Positions 1 through 9,209 are shown, numbered from the stretch's first letter. The stretch is DNA of 45,416 bases from Candidatus Woesearchaeota archaeon CG10_big_fil_rev_8_21_14_0_10_33_12 (GCA_002762865.1 PCYE01000012.1:879-46294), one strand, 5' to 3'. The notes: a model not told the origin generated them from the sequence alone. Made by a program: numbers and translations.

Positions 1-1
1 C

Positions 2-100
2 AATATTGACCTTCTTATACTGTCTGACCTGCAGTTCAGGCAGATGACAAAGTTAGGGGTTTACTCTGGAGAGAAAAAAGTTCTTTGGAAAAGAAAGTGA
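2..100 (+). CDS. 3' end of a gene truncated by the window edge (NIDLLILSDLQFRQMTKLGVYSGEKKVLWKRK*)
   Basis: Open frame from base 2 to TGA at 98-100, followed by a T-rich tract; function not assignable. Confidence 0.55.
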   Translation, partial: NIDLLILSDLQFRQMTKLGVYSGEKKVLWKRK

Positions 101-207
101 TTCCTAAGAAAAAAATTTTCTTTTAAATTTTTATTATAACTACTTTATAGAAATAGTAAAACTTTATATATAGATTAATAAATCATCCCATTGTAAGGTA
201 TAACAAA

Positions 208-627
208 ATGTGGAATTTTTCAAGCAAAGAAAAAATTATCTTTAACTTTTCAATAATCTTAGGTTTATCTTTAGTAATCCTGATATATTTATTACCTGAA
301 ATTTCTGCTGATTGTAAATCTGATTGCAGTAAAACAAGTGATGAAGTTCCAGTATGCCATGCTGACTGTGATGGTGATAATGGCTGTAACTTTGTTGATG
401 AACACACAAAAGAAGTATGCACAGATGTGGGTTCTGTCCTAAATACTTCTGTAGGCAATATTCAATCATATGATGAAGCCAATAAAGTTATATGTTGTAA
501 GGGCTCTCCTTATTCCAATAGAAAGGCGGATGTTGGTATTCCAGGTGCAAAAAATGTTGCTAGAGTTACAAGAATTGTTTTTTGGAGAGGTAAGTTTGTA
601 AAGCTAGTAGTTGATATGTTTAACTAA
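208..627 (+). CDS. Secreted/membrane-anchored cysteine-rich hypothetical protein
   Basis: Hydrophobic N-terminal segment, 8 Cys; TATA-like TTTATATA about 40 nt upstream. Confidence 0.75.
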   Translation: MWNFSSKEKIIFNFSIILGLSLVILIYLLPEISADCKSDCSKTSDEVPVCHADCDGDNGCNFVDEHTKEVCTDVGSVLNTSVGNIQSYDEANKVICCKGSPYSNRKADVGIPGAKNVARVTRIVFWRGKFVKLVVDMFN

Positions 628-810
628 AAGAGAAAGGCTAATTTTTATTAATGAATTTTATTGCTTTGGCTTTCAGAAAGCAACTTCAAACAAAACAAAT
701 TGTAAATAAAAAATTTCTATTATATATACTATAAAATAACTATTTAAAAATATAAATGTTTAAATATAGTTATGGATACACTCTTTATAGTAGTATTTGG
801 GGGTTTAATA

Positions 811-1080
811 ATGCAAACTAAAGATATATTTAATGTATTCTTCAGAGAGAAACCTGCAATGATGTTAGTTGAGCTTAAAAATGCAAAAAATGAGATTTAT
901 GCCTCTTCTTTAGCAAAAAATATTGACTGCACTTATTCCCATGTTGTTAAAATACTTCAGGAAATGCAGAAAGCTGGCTTAGTAATCTTTGATAAGCAGG
1001 GAAGACTAAAGCTCTTAACATTAACAAAAAAGGGGACTGAAGTTGCAGAGCATATAGAAAGAATAAAAAACCTTTTGTAA
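811..1080 (+). CDS. Winged helix-turn-helix (MarR/ArsR-like) transcriptional regulator
   Basis: YASSLAKNIDCTYSHVVKILQEMQKAGLV HTH plus KQGRLKLLTLTKKG wing; ATG at 811 follows GGGGT (ATG at 772 also possible). Confidence 0.85.
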   Translation: MQTKDIFNVFFREKPAMMLVELKNAKNEIYASSLAKNIDCTYSHVVKILQEMQKAGLVIFDKQGRLKLLTLTKKGTEVAEHIERIKNLL

Positions 1081-1155
1081 TTCTTTTTTAGAAAAATTTA
1101 AATATTAGTTATAATATATTTTATAATACTATTAAAAAACTATTTTTAGTATAAA

Positions 1156-2073
1156 ATGTTTGTTATAAAAAAAGAAAAAAACCAGATATTGTCATTGCCT
1201 GTAAAAGAGATAACAGCAAAAGAGGCAAAAAACTTCAGTTCTGACCTAGCACTGAAAATTCTTAAGCTATTAATAAAAAAGCCAATGTACCCAATAGAGC
1301 TTGCAAAAGAGCTTAAGGTTCATGAGCAGAAGATATATTATCACATAAGGAACCTTGAGAAATCAGGGATAATAAAAATTAACAAAAAAGAAATAAAGCA
1401 GGGAGCTGTTGCAAAGTATTACTATTTAGACAAACCGGCTTTTGTAATAAGATTAAAAGAATTTGAAGAAACACAGAAAATAATTCCAAAAAGCAGTTCA
1501 AAATTCTTAGAGCCTTTTATAAAAAATGGAGAACTTGACGCAATGATAATAGTTGGCTCTCCTGACCCCCACGGACCTGAAAAAGCCAGGTCAAGGGACG
1601 GCTATTATGGAATTGACCTTGCATTATTCTTAGGAACATTCCTCAACTATGTTCCAGACCTAAATGTAAGGCTTGACACAGAAGTAAGGCAGGAAGAGCT
1701 TAAAAACAACCTCATACTTTTAGGCGGTCCTGTGGTAAACAACATAACCAAAAAGGTTAATGAAAAAATGCCAATATTCTTTGATAAGAACAATCATTGG
1801 GCTATAAAATCAAATATATCCAAGAATGTTTACCCAACAGATGAAACAGGGCTTATAGCCAGCTTCAAGAACCCGTTTAATAAAGAAAAAAGTATACTTC
1901 TTGTTGCTGGAAAAAGGTATTCAGGAACAAGGGCTGCAATAATAGCCTTCCTGAAATATTTCAAAGAAGTATCAAAGGGCAATATCCACAACAACAAAAT
2001 AAAGGCAAGAGTTGTTGAAGGCGTAGATCTTAATTCTGATGGAATCATTGATGATGTTGAATTTAGGGAGTAA
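1156..2073 (+). CDS. ArsR-type HTH regulator fused to a C-terminal domain resembling the archaeal S-layer protein C-terminal domain
   Basis: PMYPIELAKELKVHEQKIYYHIRNLEKSGII HTH; NLILLGGPVVN and LLVAG..YSGTRAA motifs. Confidence 0.75.
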   Translation: MFVIKKEKNQILSLPVKEITAKEAKNFSSDLALKILKLLIKKPMYPIELAKELKVHEQKIYYHIRNLEKSGIIKINKKEIKQGAVAKYYYLDKPAFVIRLKEFEETQKIIPKSSSKFLEPFIKNGELDAMIIVGSPDPHGPEKARSRDGYYGIDLALFLGTFLNYVPDLNVRLDTEVRQEELKNNLILLGGPVVNNITKKVNEKMPIFFDKNNHWAIKSNISKNVYPTDETGLIASFKNPFNKEKSILLVAGKRYSGTRAAIIAFLKYFKEVSKGNIHNNKIKARVVEGVDLNSDGIIDDVEFRE

Positions 2074-3499
2074 TATTAACAATCTCTTGCTGAAACTTAG
2101 CAAAACTATTTTCTGCTTCTTTAATAAACTCCTGTTCTCTTTCTGTAGGTATTACTGCTCCTGCTGCGCTTAAATGACCGCCTGCCTCACCATCAACCTT
2201 CTCAGCAATATTTGAGATGATTTTAAACAAGTCAGCATCTGCCTTTCGGTCAGATATTCTCAGGCTTACTTTTGTCTTTCCATTTAACAATCGGGCCATT
2301 GACATTACAAGCGTAATTTTATCAAAACCATTTGAAGATGAAATAATTGAGGCAAGAGTTCCGATCATTGTTGCCATTACATTATCCTTAGCATTTATTA
2401 TAAGCATACCTTTTTTCTTAATTATATCTTCAGAATCCTCATTCTCTTCATACCATTTCATTGTCTTAACAATCTCCCTTTTATACTTTGAGAGATTAGT
2501 TATTGCTTTTTTCTTTATTTTTTCATCATTTAAGCATGCCCCTATTCCTAGAGACGCCTTGTTAAGCCTTCCGCAGGCATTCAACAGTGTGGAAAACTCT
2601 TTTGCATCCCTTAGAGGAGATTCCTTTTCTTCGTCACGCAGAATATAGACCTGACCAAAAATATCCTCTGGCTTTTCTTCATCAAGCCTTTTCATTATAA
2701 TGCCAGCAGATAGCTTTTTAATTTCATCCCCTGTAAGATTAACAAGCTTTTTCCACTCATTTCCCTGTTTTGGGTTTATGTCCAACTGCTGCAAAAACTG
2801 TATTGCATTGCTTTCAGAGCCGGTTACACCTGGTATGTAAACATCTGTGCTGTACTGCAATAGCCTGTATAGCGGTTTTGTCTGTGCTCCAAAAACCTTT
2901 AATCCCCTAATCACTTTTATTTTTCCTTTTGTCTTGGCAGTTTCAAGAATTTCATTATTAAGCCTTGAAAAACCATTATTTTCCTGTACATCACCTATTG
3001 CACCAATGATAGCAATATGAGCCATATCTTCATTTTTCCTGTTAAGGTATTTTGCAAAGAAATAAACAACACCTGCTCCTGAAACCTCCTTTGTTCCGTC
3101 AATTCCAAAAAGATGTGGATTAACATGGACTATATTATTGCCAATATCAGCATCCTCTGGATCGTGGTGGTCAAGAATAAAAACCTCCTTGCCTGCAAGC
3201 AAACTCTTTATGTCATTTAGCTTTCCAGAGCCAATATCAGTAAAGAAAAAACAGCTGTAATTCTCCTTTGATATTTCTGATATAACCTTGCTGTTCAACT
3301 GCTGGACAATAGAAACAGAGTATTTTCTGTTCTCAAGATTCAATGCATTAATCAGTATAGAGCAGGCGCTGATGCCATCAGAATCAAGGTGGGATATAAT
3401 CCTTATCTTCTCTTTTTTATCTAATTTTTTAAATCTTTCAGCTGCCTGCTTTACAGATTCTTTAAATTTTTTATAGTTATCCAATTTTATCCCAATCAT
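2063..3499 (-). CDS. RecJ/Cdc45-like DHH-DHHA1 nuclease
   Basis: HLDSDG, TDIGSG, ILDHH, GAIGD and C-terminal GGHLSAAG motifs; coupled directly downstream of rps15, a conserved archaeal neighbourhood. Confidence 0.92.
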   Translation of the reverse strand: MIGIKLDNYKKFKESVKQAAERFKKLDKKEKIRIISHLDSDGISACSILINALNLENRKYSVSIVQQLNSKVISEISKENYSCFFFTDIGSGKLNDIKSLLAGKEVFILDHHDPEDADIGNNIVHVNPHLFGIDGTKEVSGAGVVYFFAKYLNRKNEDMAHIAIIGAIGDVQENNGFSRLNNEILETAKTKGKIKVIRGLKVFGAQTKPLYRLLQYSTDVYIPGVTGSESNAIQFLQQLDINPKQGNEWKKLVNLTGDEIKKLSAGIIMKRLDEEKPEDIFGQVYILRDEEKESPLRDAKEFSTLLNACGRLNKASLGIGACLNDEKIKKKAITNLSKYKREIVKTMKWYEENEDSEDIIKKKGMLIINAKDNVMATMIGTLASIISSSNGFDKITLVMSMARLLNGKTKVSLRISDRKADADLFKIISNIAEKVDGEAGGHLSAAGAVIPTEREQEFIKEAENSFAKFQQEIVNITP

Positions 3500-3951
3500 T
3501 CTATAAGAAGCCTTATCTTATCCTGATCATATTTCCAGTCCTTTTCAAGCTTCTTTGTTTTCTTGTAATATTTGACTAATTTTCTGATTTTTGATTCAGT
3601 TAGCTCTAATCCCCTTTTTGCAGGCATATCATGCTTGTTTGATTCCAGATGTTTTCTTAATGTAATGCTTCTTTTTATTAAAGCCATTAAATCTTCTGGT
3701 ATTTTTGACAAAAGATTTTTTTCTTTTAGTATTGCTGTTATGCTCTTTCCACTGATCTGTTTTATATTAGGTATTCCATAGACATCTCTTAAGAATAAGC
3801 CAATCTGGCTTGAGGTCTTTCCCTCTTTTGCCATCTTTGCTATTAATAGCTCTATCTCATTGGACTTGTATCTTATCCAGCTCAGCTTTGTTGCTTTTGA
3901 TGGCTTTGTTGAGCTAGCTTTTCCCTTTCTTCCTGAATACATTCTTGCCAT
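3496..3951 (-). CDS. rps15: 30S ribosomal protein uS15 (S15P/S13e)
   Basis: MARMYSGRKGKASS..., IGLFLRDVYGIP, RGLELTESKIRKLVKYYK; AGGAG SD. Confidence 0.98.
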   Translation of the reverse strand: MARMYSGRKGKASSTKPSKATKLSWIRYKSNEIELLIAKMAKEGKTSSQIGLFLRDVYGIPNIKQISGKSITAILKEKNLLSKIPEDLMALIKRSITLRKHLESNKHDMPAKRGLELTESKIRKLVKYYKKTKKLEKDWKYDQDKIRLLIE

Positions 3952-4028
3952 TTTATTTTCTCCTAAGAGACCAAGAAAAAGAATCTTGTCTCCAGTATAA
4001 CCCAGCCTTGACCGGATTATCTCTTGAT
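3952..4028 (-). promoter_or_regulatory. Structured 5' leader of rps15 (candidate ribosomal-protein leader)
   Basis: Stem ATAATCCGGT/GCTGGGTTAT (4020-4011/4006-3997) and stem GGAGACAAGA/TCTTGGTCTCT (3993-3984/3976-3966) end just before the SD; TATA-like element at about 4047-4058. Confidence 0.5.
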
Positions 4029-4108
4029 ATGAAAAAGAAAACAGGGCTTATTTAAAAAGCTTTCGGGGAATAGCCAGATTAATTAAACCTATTTATAATA
4101 ATAAATTA

Positions 4109-4972
4109 CTAATCAAACAAGGTTTCTGCAACAAATTCAGGACAATCAGACAAATAATGCTCTATTACTGAACCTGTGTGATGATTTATAAAAATAGGGT
4201 TCAATCTTTTTTCAAGGTTTTTCAAGGTTTTTCCAGAAGCAAGATCTTCATCAAAAAACAATACATTCTTTCCCTTATAATCTGAAAGATGCTCCATGTC
4301 TGAGTCTGATATTATTGGATTATTATCATTTCTTTTAAAATGAGAGAATCTAACAAAATATATGTCTGAACCAAGCATATTAGACAATAGTGTCGCAGAG
4401 ATTATTGAGCCATGTGCAGTGCCAACAATCAAATCAATCTTTGATTTTTTGTTAATCTTATCTGCTAAACATATAATTCTTTTTGGATGAGATGCCATCC
4501 ATGTGTATTTATCTTTTTTTGATGTATAGATAAAACCACGCAACTCCTCTGGAATCTTGTTCTTGAAATCTTTCAAACATTCAATTGATCCATCTTTCAA
4601 TGCATAAATGTCTTTTACTAATGATATAGCTTTAATATACAAATCCTGCGAGTTTTTTATTGTATTATGTGTATATTTAAGAGCAATTTTTTGTGAAAAT
4701 TCCACATATTTTTTTGAGTCTAATCTAAGGCCATTTTCTAAAGCAATCTTGTAGTTAAGAATAACATTCACTAATGCAGGAGTCTTGAAGTATATGTTGT
4801 TGCCTTCAGCAAAAATTTTAATCCAGTTTTTAGGATTTTCATGTGATTTTTCAAAATTCAAAATTCTCTTAAGTGATTTTTCAATTTCTGAAAACAAATT
4901 AATATATCTCTCTTGAAATTCCATTTCAGAAGAGGGTTCGTAGTAGTCCATAGAGATATATTTATCAATCAT
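4109..4972 (-). CDS. Phosphoribosyltransferase-fold protein with N-terminal extension
   Basis: VLFFDEDLASGKTL resembles the PRPP-binding loop; start moved to ATG 4972 because the longer ORF overlaps the tRNA. Confidence 0.7.
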   Translation of the reverse strand: MIDKYISMDYYEPSSEMEFQERYINLFSEIEKSLKRILNFEKSHENPKNWIKIFAEGNNIYFKTPALVNVILNYKIALENGLRLDSKKYVEFSQKIALKYTHNTIKNSQDLYIKAISLVKDIYALKDGSIECLKDFKNKIPEELRGFIYTSKKDKYTWMASHPKRIICLADKINKKSKIDLIVGTAHGSIISATLLSNMLGSDIYFVRFSHFKRNDNNPIISDSDMEHLSDYKGKNVLFFDEDLASGKTLKNLEKRLNPIFINHHTGSVIEHYLSDCPEFVAETLFD

Positions 4973-4994
4973 GTTTGAAAATCCTTTAAAAATA

Positions 4995-5115
4995 TAGCCC
5001 TGCGCGGATTCGAACCGCGGTCTCAAGCTCCAAAGGCTTGAATGATTGGTCTAAAATCGCAGATTAACCTTTTTGAAAATCTGTGATTTTCAATTGGCCA
5101 CTACACCACAGGGCT
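4995..5115 (-). tRNA. tRNA-Gln(TTG) with an ~48-nt non-canonical intron in the D-loop
   Basis: Acceptor AGCCCTG/CAGGGCT, anticodon arm CAAGC-CTTTGGA-GCTTG (anticodon 5033-5031), T-arm CGCGG-TTCGAAT-CCGCG; removing about 5050-5097 gives a standard 73-nt tRNA; no encoded CCA. Confidence 0.93.
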
Positions 5116-5194
5116 GCAATGCAAAAGAACTGTATTTTGTTTATAAAACTTTTTATTCGAAAGCTTTAAATGAATTATCATTTTATTCCTTTTC

Positions 5195-6424
5195 ATGCAG
5201 CCATTATGCCTTAAATGCAAGGGAAGAGGCTTTTGCGGAAGAACCTTTTGCCCGATTTACGCAAAAAGCCAGGCAATCTTCAAGGTTGAAAAAATGCTTG
5301 ATAAGAGTGATTTTTCTAGCTCAAGCCCTGCCCCGTTTGTCGGCTATTATGGCTATCCAAATGTAAATGTTGGTATACTGAGCCCTGCAAAAATTGAAAA
5401 AAAAGCAGAGCTTTATGACGCTCCAAGATATTGGGCAGATCATAATTTTAAGATACCAGAAATAGTTGATTTAAGGTCCTCTTTAATAAACTCAAGATTC
5501 AAGATAGAGGTAAAAAAACAAAATAAGTTTTTGGAGATAAGCAAAGAGGTTGGAATGGCATCAAAGCCAGTTGATGTTGAACTGTCATTAGATGAAAAGC
5601 CAAGATTCAAGCTAAAAGTTGATTCATATAATGCACCAATGGGCCCAAATGCAAAGCTGAAAAATGTACAAATAACCTCAAACCCAAAAATATCACATTA
5701 TGTTGAAAAAGTTGTTGATGATATTGATTTAAAAGCAAAGAATGCAATACTTTACTTGCATAAAAAAGAGTTTGATGAAAATTTTCTCACAAAACTGTTG
5801 AGTGTTGGAAATATTGGGCTTAAGAAAAACAGAAAATTAGTTCCTACAAGATGGAGCATAACTGCAACAGATGATATGATTGCAAAAGAGCTTATAGAAA
5901 GTATTAAGGATTACAAGCAGGCAGATTATCTTGCTTTTTTTGGCTCTTATCTTGGGAATTATTATTTAATCTTACTGTTCCCAGAGCCATGGTGTTACGA
6001 ACTTTTTGAGACATATATGCCCAAGACAAGTTGGAATGTTGATGAAAATATAAACTTTATGACAGATTATGAGCCATATCATGGAAGAAAAACATATGCT
6101 GAAAACTGCGTAGGAGGCTATTATGCGGCAAGGCTTTCAATAGCTGAAAAACTTGAAAAAATGAAAAAACAGTCCTCTGTTTTGGCATTAAGGTTTATCA
6201 CAGGAGAATATGCAGTTCCTTTAGGTGTTTGGGTTGTAAGGGAGGCAGTAAGAAAAACAATGAAGAACAGGCCAATTGAATTTGCCTCAAAAGAACTGAT
6301 GTTAAAATATGCAGGATTATTAATAAAAAAGAAATTCAACTATGACATTAATAATATCCTCAAAAGCAGCATACTTCTCAGGAACATAAAGAATCAGACA
6401 AAGCTTAGTAAATTTCTTAATTAA
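5195..6424 (+). CDS. nreA: Nre family DNA repair protein
   Basis: N-terminal CLKCKGRGFCGRTFCP, KLVPTRWSITATDD, GGYYAARL, PLGVWVVRE; C-terminal PIP box QTKLSKFL. Confidence 0.93.
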   Translation: MQPLCLKCKGRGFCGRTFCPIYAKSQAIFKVEKMLDKSDFSSSSPAPFVGYYGYPNVNVGILSPAKIEKKAELYDAPRYWADHNFKIPEIVDLRSSLINSRFKIEVKKQNKFLEISKEVGMASKPVDVELSLDEKPRFKLKVDSYNAPMGPNAKLKNVQITSNPKISHYVEKVVDDIDLKAKNAILYLHKKEFDENFLTKLLSVGNIGLKKNRKLVPTRWSITATDDMIAKELIESIKDYKQADYLAFFGSYLGNYYLILLFPEPWCYELFETYMPKTSWNVDENINFMTDYEPYHGRKTYAENCVGGYYAARLSIAEKLEKMKKQSSVLALRFITGEYAVPLGVWVVREAVRKTMKNRPIEFASKELMLKYAGLLIKKKFNYDINNILKSSILLRNIKNQTKLSKFLN

Positions 6425-6427
6425 GAT

Positions 6428-6518
6428 TGTTGATTATCAACAGATATTAATAAATATGTCTTATTTGTTGATTATAAACAAAAAGGGTTAAATAATTGTT
6501 AAATATTGATTATCAACA
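6428..6518. repeat. Three copies of the palindrome TGTTGATTATCAACA at 38-bp period
   Basis: 6428-6442 perfect; 6466-6480 TGTTGATTATAAACA; 6504-6518 TATTGATTATCAACA. Confidence 0.85.
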
Positions 6519-6557
6519 AAAGCTTTAACAATAAAAGTTTATAGTAATTAACAAGAA

Positions 6558-9086
6558 CTAGTTAATTTTCTTCTTAAAAGATTCCAACTCATCCATGAAT
6601 CTCTTTACTGTTTTCACAAGATGCTCTGGCTGTGTTTTTAATACTTCAGCTGTTTTTGCCAGAATATCCCCATGAAATTTTTCTGTTGATTTCAGCTCAA
6701 AATCCTGTTTGGAGATTCGCTTTTCTTTTTTTAATGCCTTTTTTGCCTTTTTCCATTTAATGAATAATTCTTCTGCCCTTGCAGGAATTTGTGCTTCATT
6801 AACATTTAAAATTTTTGAGAGCTCATCTAAAATCCCCTTCTTTTTATCAATTTCATGCTTAGCTCTCTCCCCTGCAACAAACTCTATCCTCACAACACCA
6901 TCCTGGATTTTTGTTGACTTTAATATTCTTATTTTTCCTACCTCTGAGGTGTTTTTAAGGTGCGTTCCGCCGCAGGCCTCAACATCCAAACCTTTGATTT
7001 CAATAATCCTTATCTCTTTTCCAGGAACAGCACCGCCCTGGTAAATGCCCATTCCATATTTTTTTTCAGCCTCATTTCTTGGCATAAAAATTGAATTAAT
7101 CTGAATTTTATCCTTAACTATTTTATTGGCAAGGTTCTCAATTTTTTCAATCTCGTCATTTGTAATGCTCTGATAATGAGTAATGTCAAGATGAGCTTTT
7201 TCAACAGTTTTTTTTGCACCTGCCTGGTTTATATGGGGTCCTAAGATTTTTCTTGCAGCTGCATTTATTATATGTGTTGCAGTATGGTGATGAGTCAACT
7301 GCAATCTTCTGCCAATGTCGATTATCCCCTCGATATCATCCCTTTCCCTGAATTTAGGCTTTTCAGATAGAGTATGAACAATTACATTTCCCTGCTTGAA
7401 AACATTAATTACATCCTGATTATTTAGTTTTCCATTGTCATGATCCTGGCCCCCGGAGCTGGGATAAAATACTGTCTTATCCAAAACAATGTTATTGCCA
7501 ATAATTTTCAGAACCTTTGCCTTAAACTTATCTTTATGGCAATCGTCAAAATAAAGCGCCTTTGTCTCAGGAATATTTTTTAGGTTAAGATTTTCCTTTT
7601 TTTCAGCAATCTCTTTTTTCTCTTCACTATGAAGCTCTGAAACAAGTGAATAGAAATTCTTTGGAACATCAACTGCCTTTCCAAGCTTCAGGGCTTCCTT
7701 GCTGATGATTTCGGGGTCAATGCCATGACTATCATATAACTCCAAAAGTTTTTTTTCTGTTATTTCCTTTCTGATTAGGTTCTGGATTATCTGTCTTGAC
7801 TTCTGCTTTGTATTTTCATATTTTTCCTTTTCAACATCAAGTATTTTTTCAACTGCATCAAGGTTCTTGCTTAACTCTGGAAATTCACCTTTTAGTTCCT
7901 CTGCATGCCACCTGCAGACAGCTGGCAGGCTAATATCCCAGTTGTATTTGTCAATAAATGAAAATGAGCGTCTTGCAAGCATCCTCAGATTATAACATCC
8001 TCCCATATTAGATGGCAGTGCACCATCGCTTAATGCAATAAGCAAGCCTCGTGCATGCTCTGCAATTGAGTAAAGGGCTGCCATTGGCAATATGGCTTTT
8101 TTTAATTCATCTACACTTATCCCAACTTTACCGGCAACATCTTTCCATGCCTTGTCAATATCATCAACCTCATCAATATTAAGGAATCCTGCATAAGGAA
8201 CATATTTTTTCATAATCTCTTTATCATATGTTATGCCTGTTTTTTCTATGAGTTTTTTTACAACAGATGGGAATGATGCATCATAAATTGTTGGAGTGCC
8301 CTGGCTGAACCATGCGCACCTTTCCATTCCCATCCCCATATCAAGCACTTTTAATGAAAGCTCTTTTGGCTCGGTTTCTGTCTGCTCATACATCATGTAA
8401 ACCTGGTTTCCTATTTCCACTCCCCGGGAAAAGAATTCCATGCATGGCCCAAAATTGCCTCCTCCTGCCCATGCATCTTCATGAAAGGTAATCTCTGAAT
8501 CAGGGATTCCCAAACCATTGTTAAGCCATTTTTTTATATGCCTGAAAACCTTGTTCTGGTCCCATTTATCAGGTGAGACAAACATATGCTGGCCAATCAT
8601 GTTAAAGCAGGTCATGTGGCTGCCTGTTATTCCAACATTATCAATATCTCCAAACCGTAAGCAGAATTGAGGCACTACCAAAGGATTTGCAGGTGGTTCA
8701 ACCTCTCCACTAACAACATATGGCTGGAAATCAGCAATGCTTGCTATTACAAAATCCATGTCAGAGCGCCATCTTGCAACAATAGGATAGCGTTTTATTG
8801 GTGTGTAGCCTAACTCCCTGAACATCTTTGAGAATTTTTGCCATACTTCAATATAACCTAGCTTTTCCTTGCAGGGATTATCCTCAAAAAACCTAAATCC
8901 GCCTGAGCAGGCAGTATCACCGCAAAAATCCCTGTTTTTATTTGTGGTCCAGAAATACTTTCCGCACTTTGTACATTTCTTCCTGGCAAATCCATCTTTC
9001 TTCAAAACATCTGTTGCATAATATTTGTCAGGGTTTTTGCCTGCCTCTTTCCTAAACCATTTTTTTGCTTCTTTGTCTGATAGCAT
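6558..9086 (-). CDS. alaS: Alanine--tRNA ligase, archaeal type
   Basis: N-terminal Zn ribbon, IASIADFQP, QFCLRFGDIDNVG, DMGMGMER, editing motifs HHTATH and CGGTH. Confidence 0.97.
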   Translation of the reverse strand: MLSDKEAKKWFRKEAGKNPDKYYATDVLKKDGFARKKCTKCGKYFWTTNKNRDFCGDTACSGGFRFFEDNPCKEKLGYIEVWQKFSKMFRELGYTPIKRYPIVARWRSDMDFVIASIADFQPYVVSGEVEPPANPLVVPQFCLRFGDIDNVGITGSHMTCFNMIGQHMFVSPDKWDQNKVFRHIKKWLNNGLGIPDSEITFHEDAWAGGGNFGPCMEFFSRGVEIGNQVYMMYEQTETEPKELSLKVLDMGMGMERCAWFSQGTPTIYDASFPSVVKKLIEKTGITYDKEIMKKYVPYAGFLNIDEVDDIDKAWKDVAGKVGISVDELKKAILPMAALYSIAEHARGLLIALSDGALPSNMGGCYNLRMLARRSFSFIDKYNWDISLPAVCRWHAEELKGEFPELSKNLDAVEKILDVEKEKYENTKQKSRQIIQNLIRKEITEKKLLELYDSHGIDPEIISKEALKLGKAVDVPKNFYSLVSELHSEEKKEIAEKKENLNLKNIPETKALYFDDCHKDKFKAKVLKIIGNNIVLDKTVFYPSSGGQDHDNGKLNNQDVINVFKQGNVIVHTLSEKPKFRERDDIEGIIDIGRRLQLTHHHTATHIINAAARKILGPHINQAGAKKTVEKAHLDITHYQSITNDEIEKIENLANKIVKDKIQINSIFMPRNEAEKKYGMGIYQGGAVPGKEIRIIEIKGLDVEACGGTHLKNTSEVGKIRILKSTKIQDGVVRIEFVAGERAKHEIDKKKGILDELSKILNVNEAQIPARAEELFIKWKKAKKALKKEKRISKQDFELKSTEKFHGDILAKTAEVLKTQPEHLVKTVKRFMDELESFKKKIN

Positions 9087-9209
9087 ATTAGACTTATTTT
9101 TTAGCTATTATTTAAATTTTCTTATATTAAAGCATTATATAAGAATAAAAAGAATAAAAGTATATTACATTGCATCAACTATATAACTCAGATTAGTGTA
9201 AATAGCAAA

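Noticed and set aside
4060-4108. att-site duplication of the tRNA-Gln 3' end
   Set aside because: Only a 6-bp match (ATAGCC), not significant
4973-5366. ORF-track N-terminal extension to 5026 and ORF 5073..5366
   Set aside because: Both overlap tRNA-Gln; the second also overlaps nreA out of frame
6428-6518. Mini CRISPR array
   Set aside because: Repeats are only 15 bp, the 23-bp spacers are AT-rich low complexity, and there are no cas genes; kept as a binding-site array
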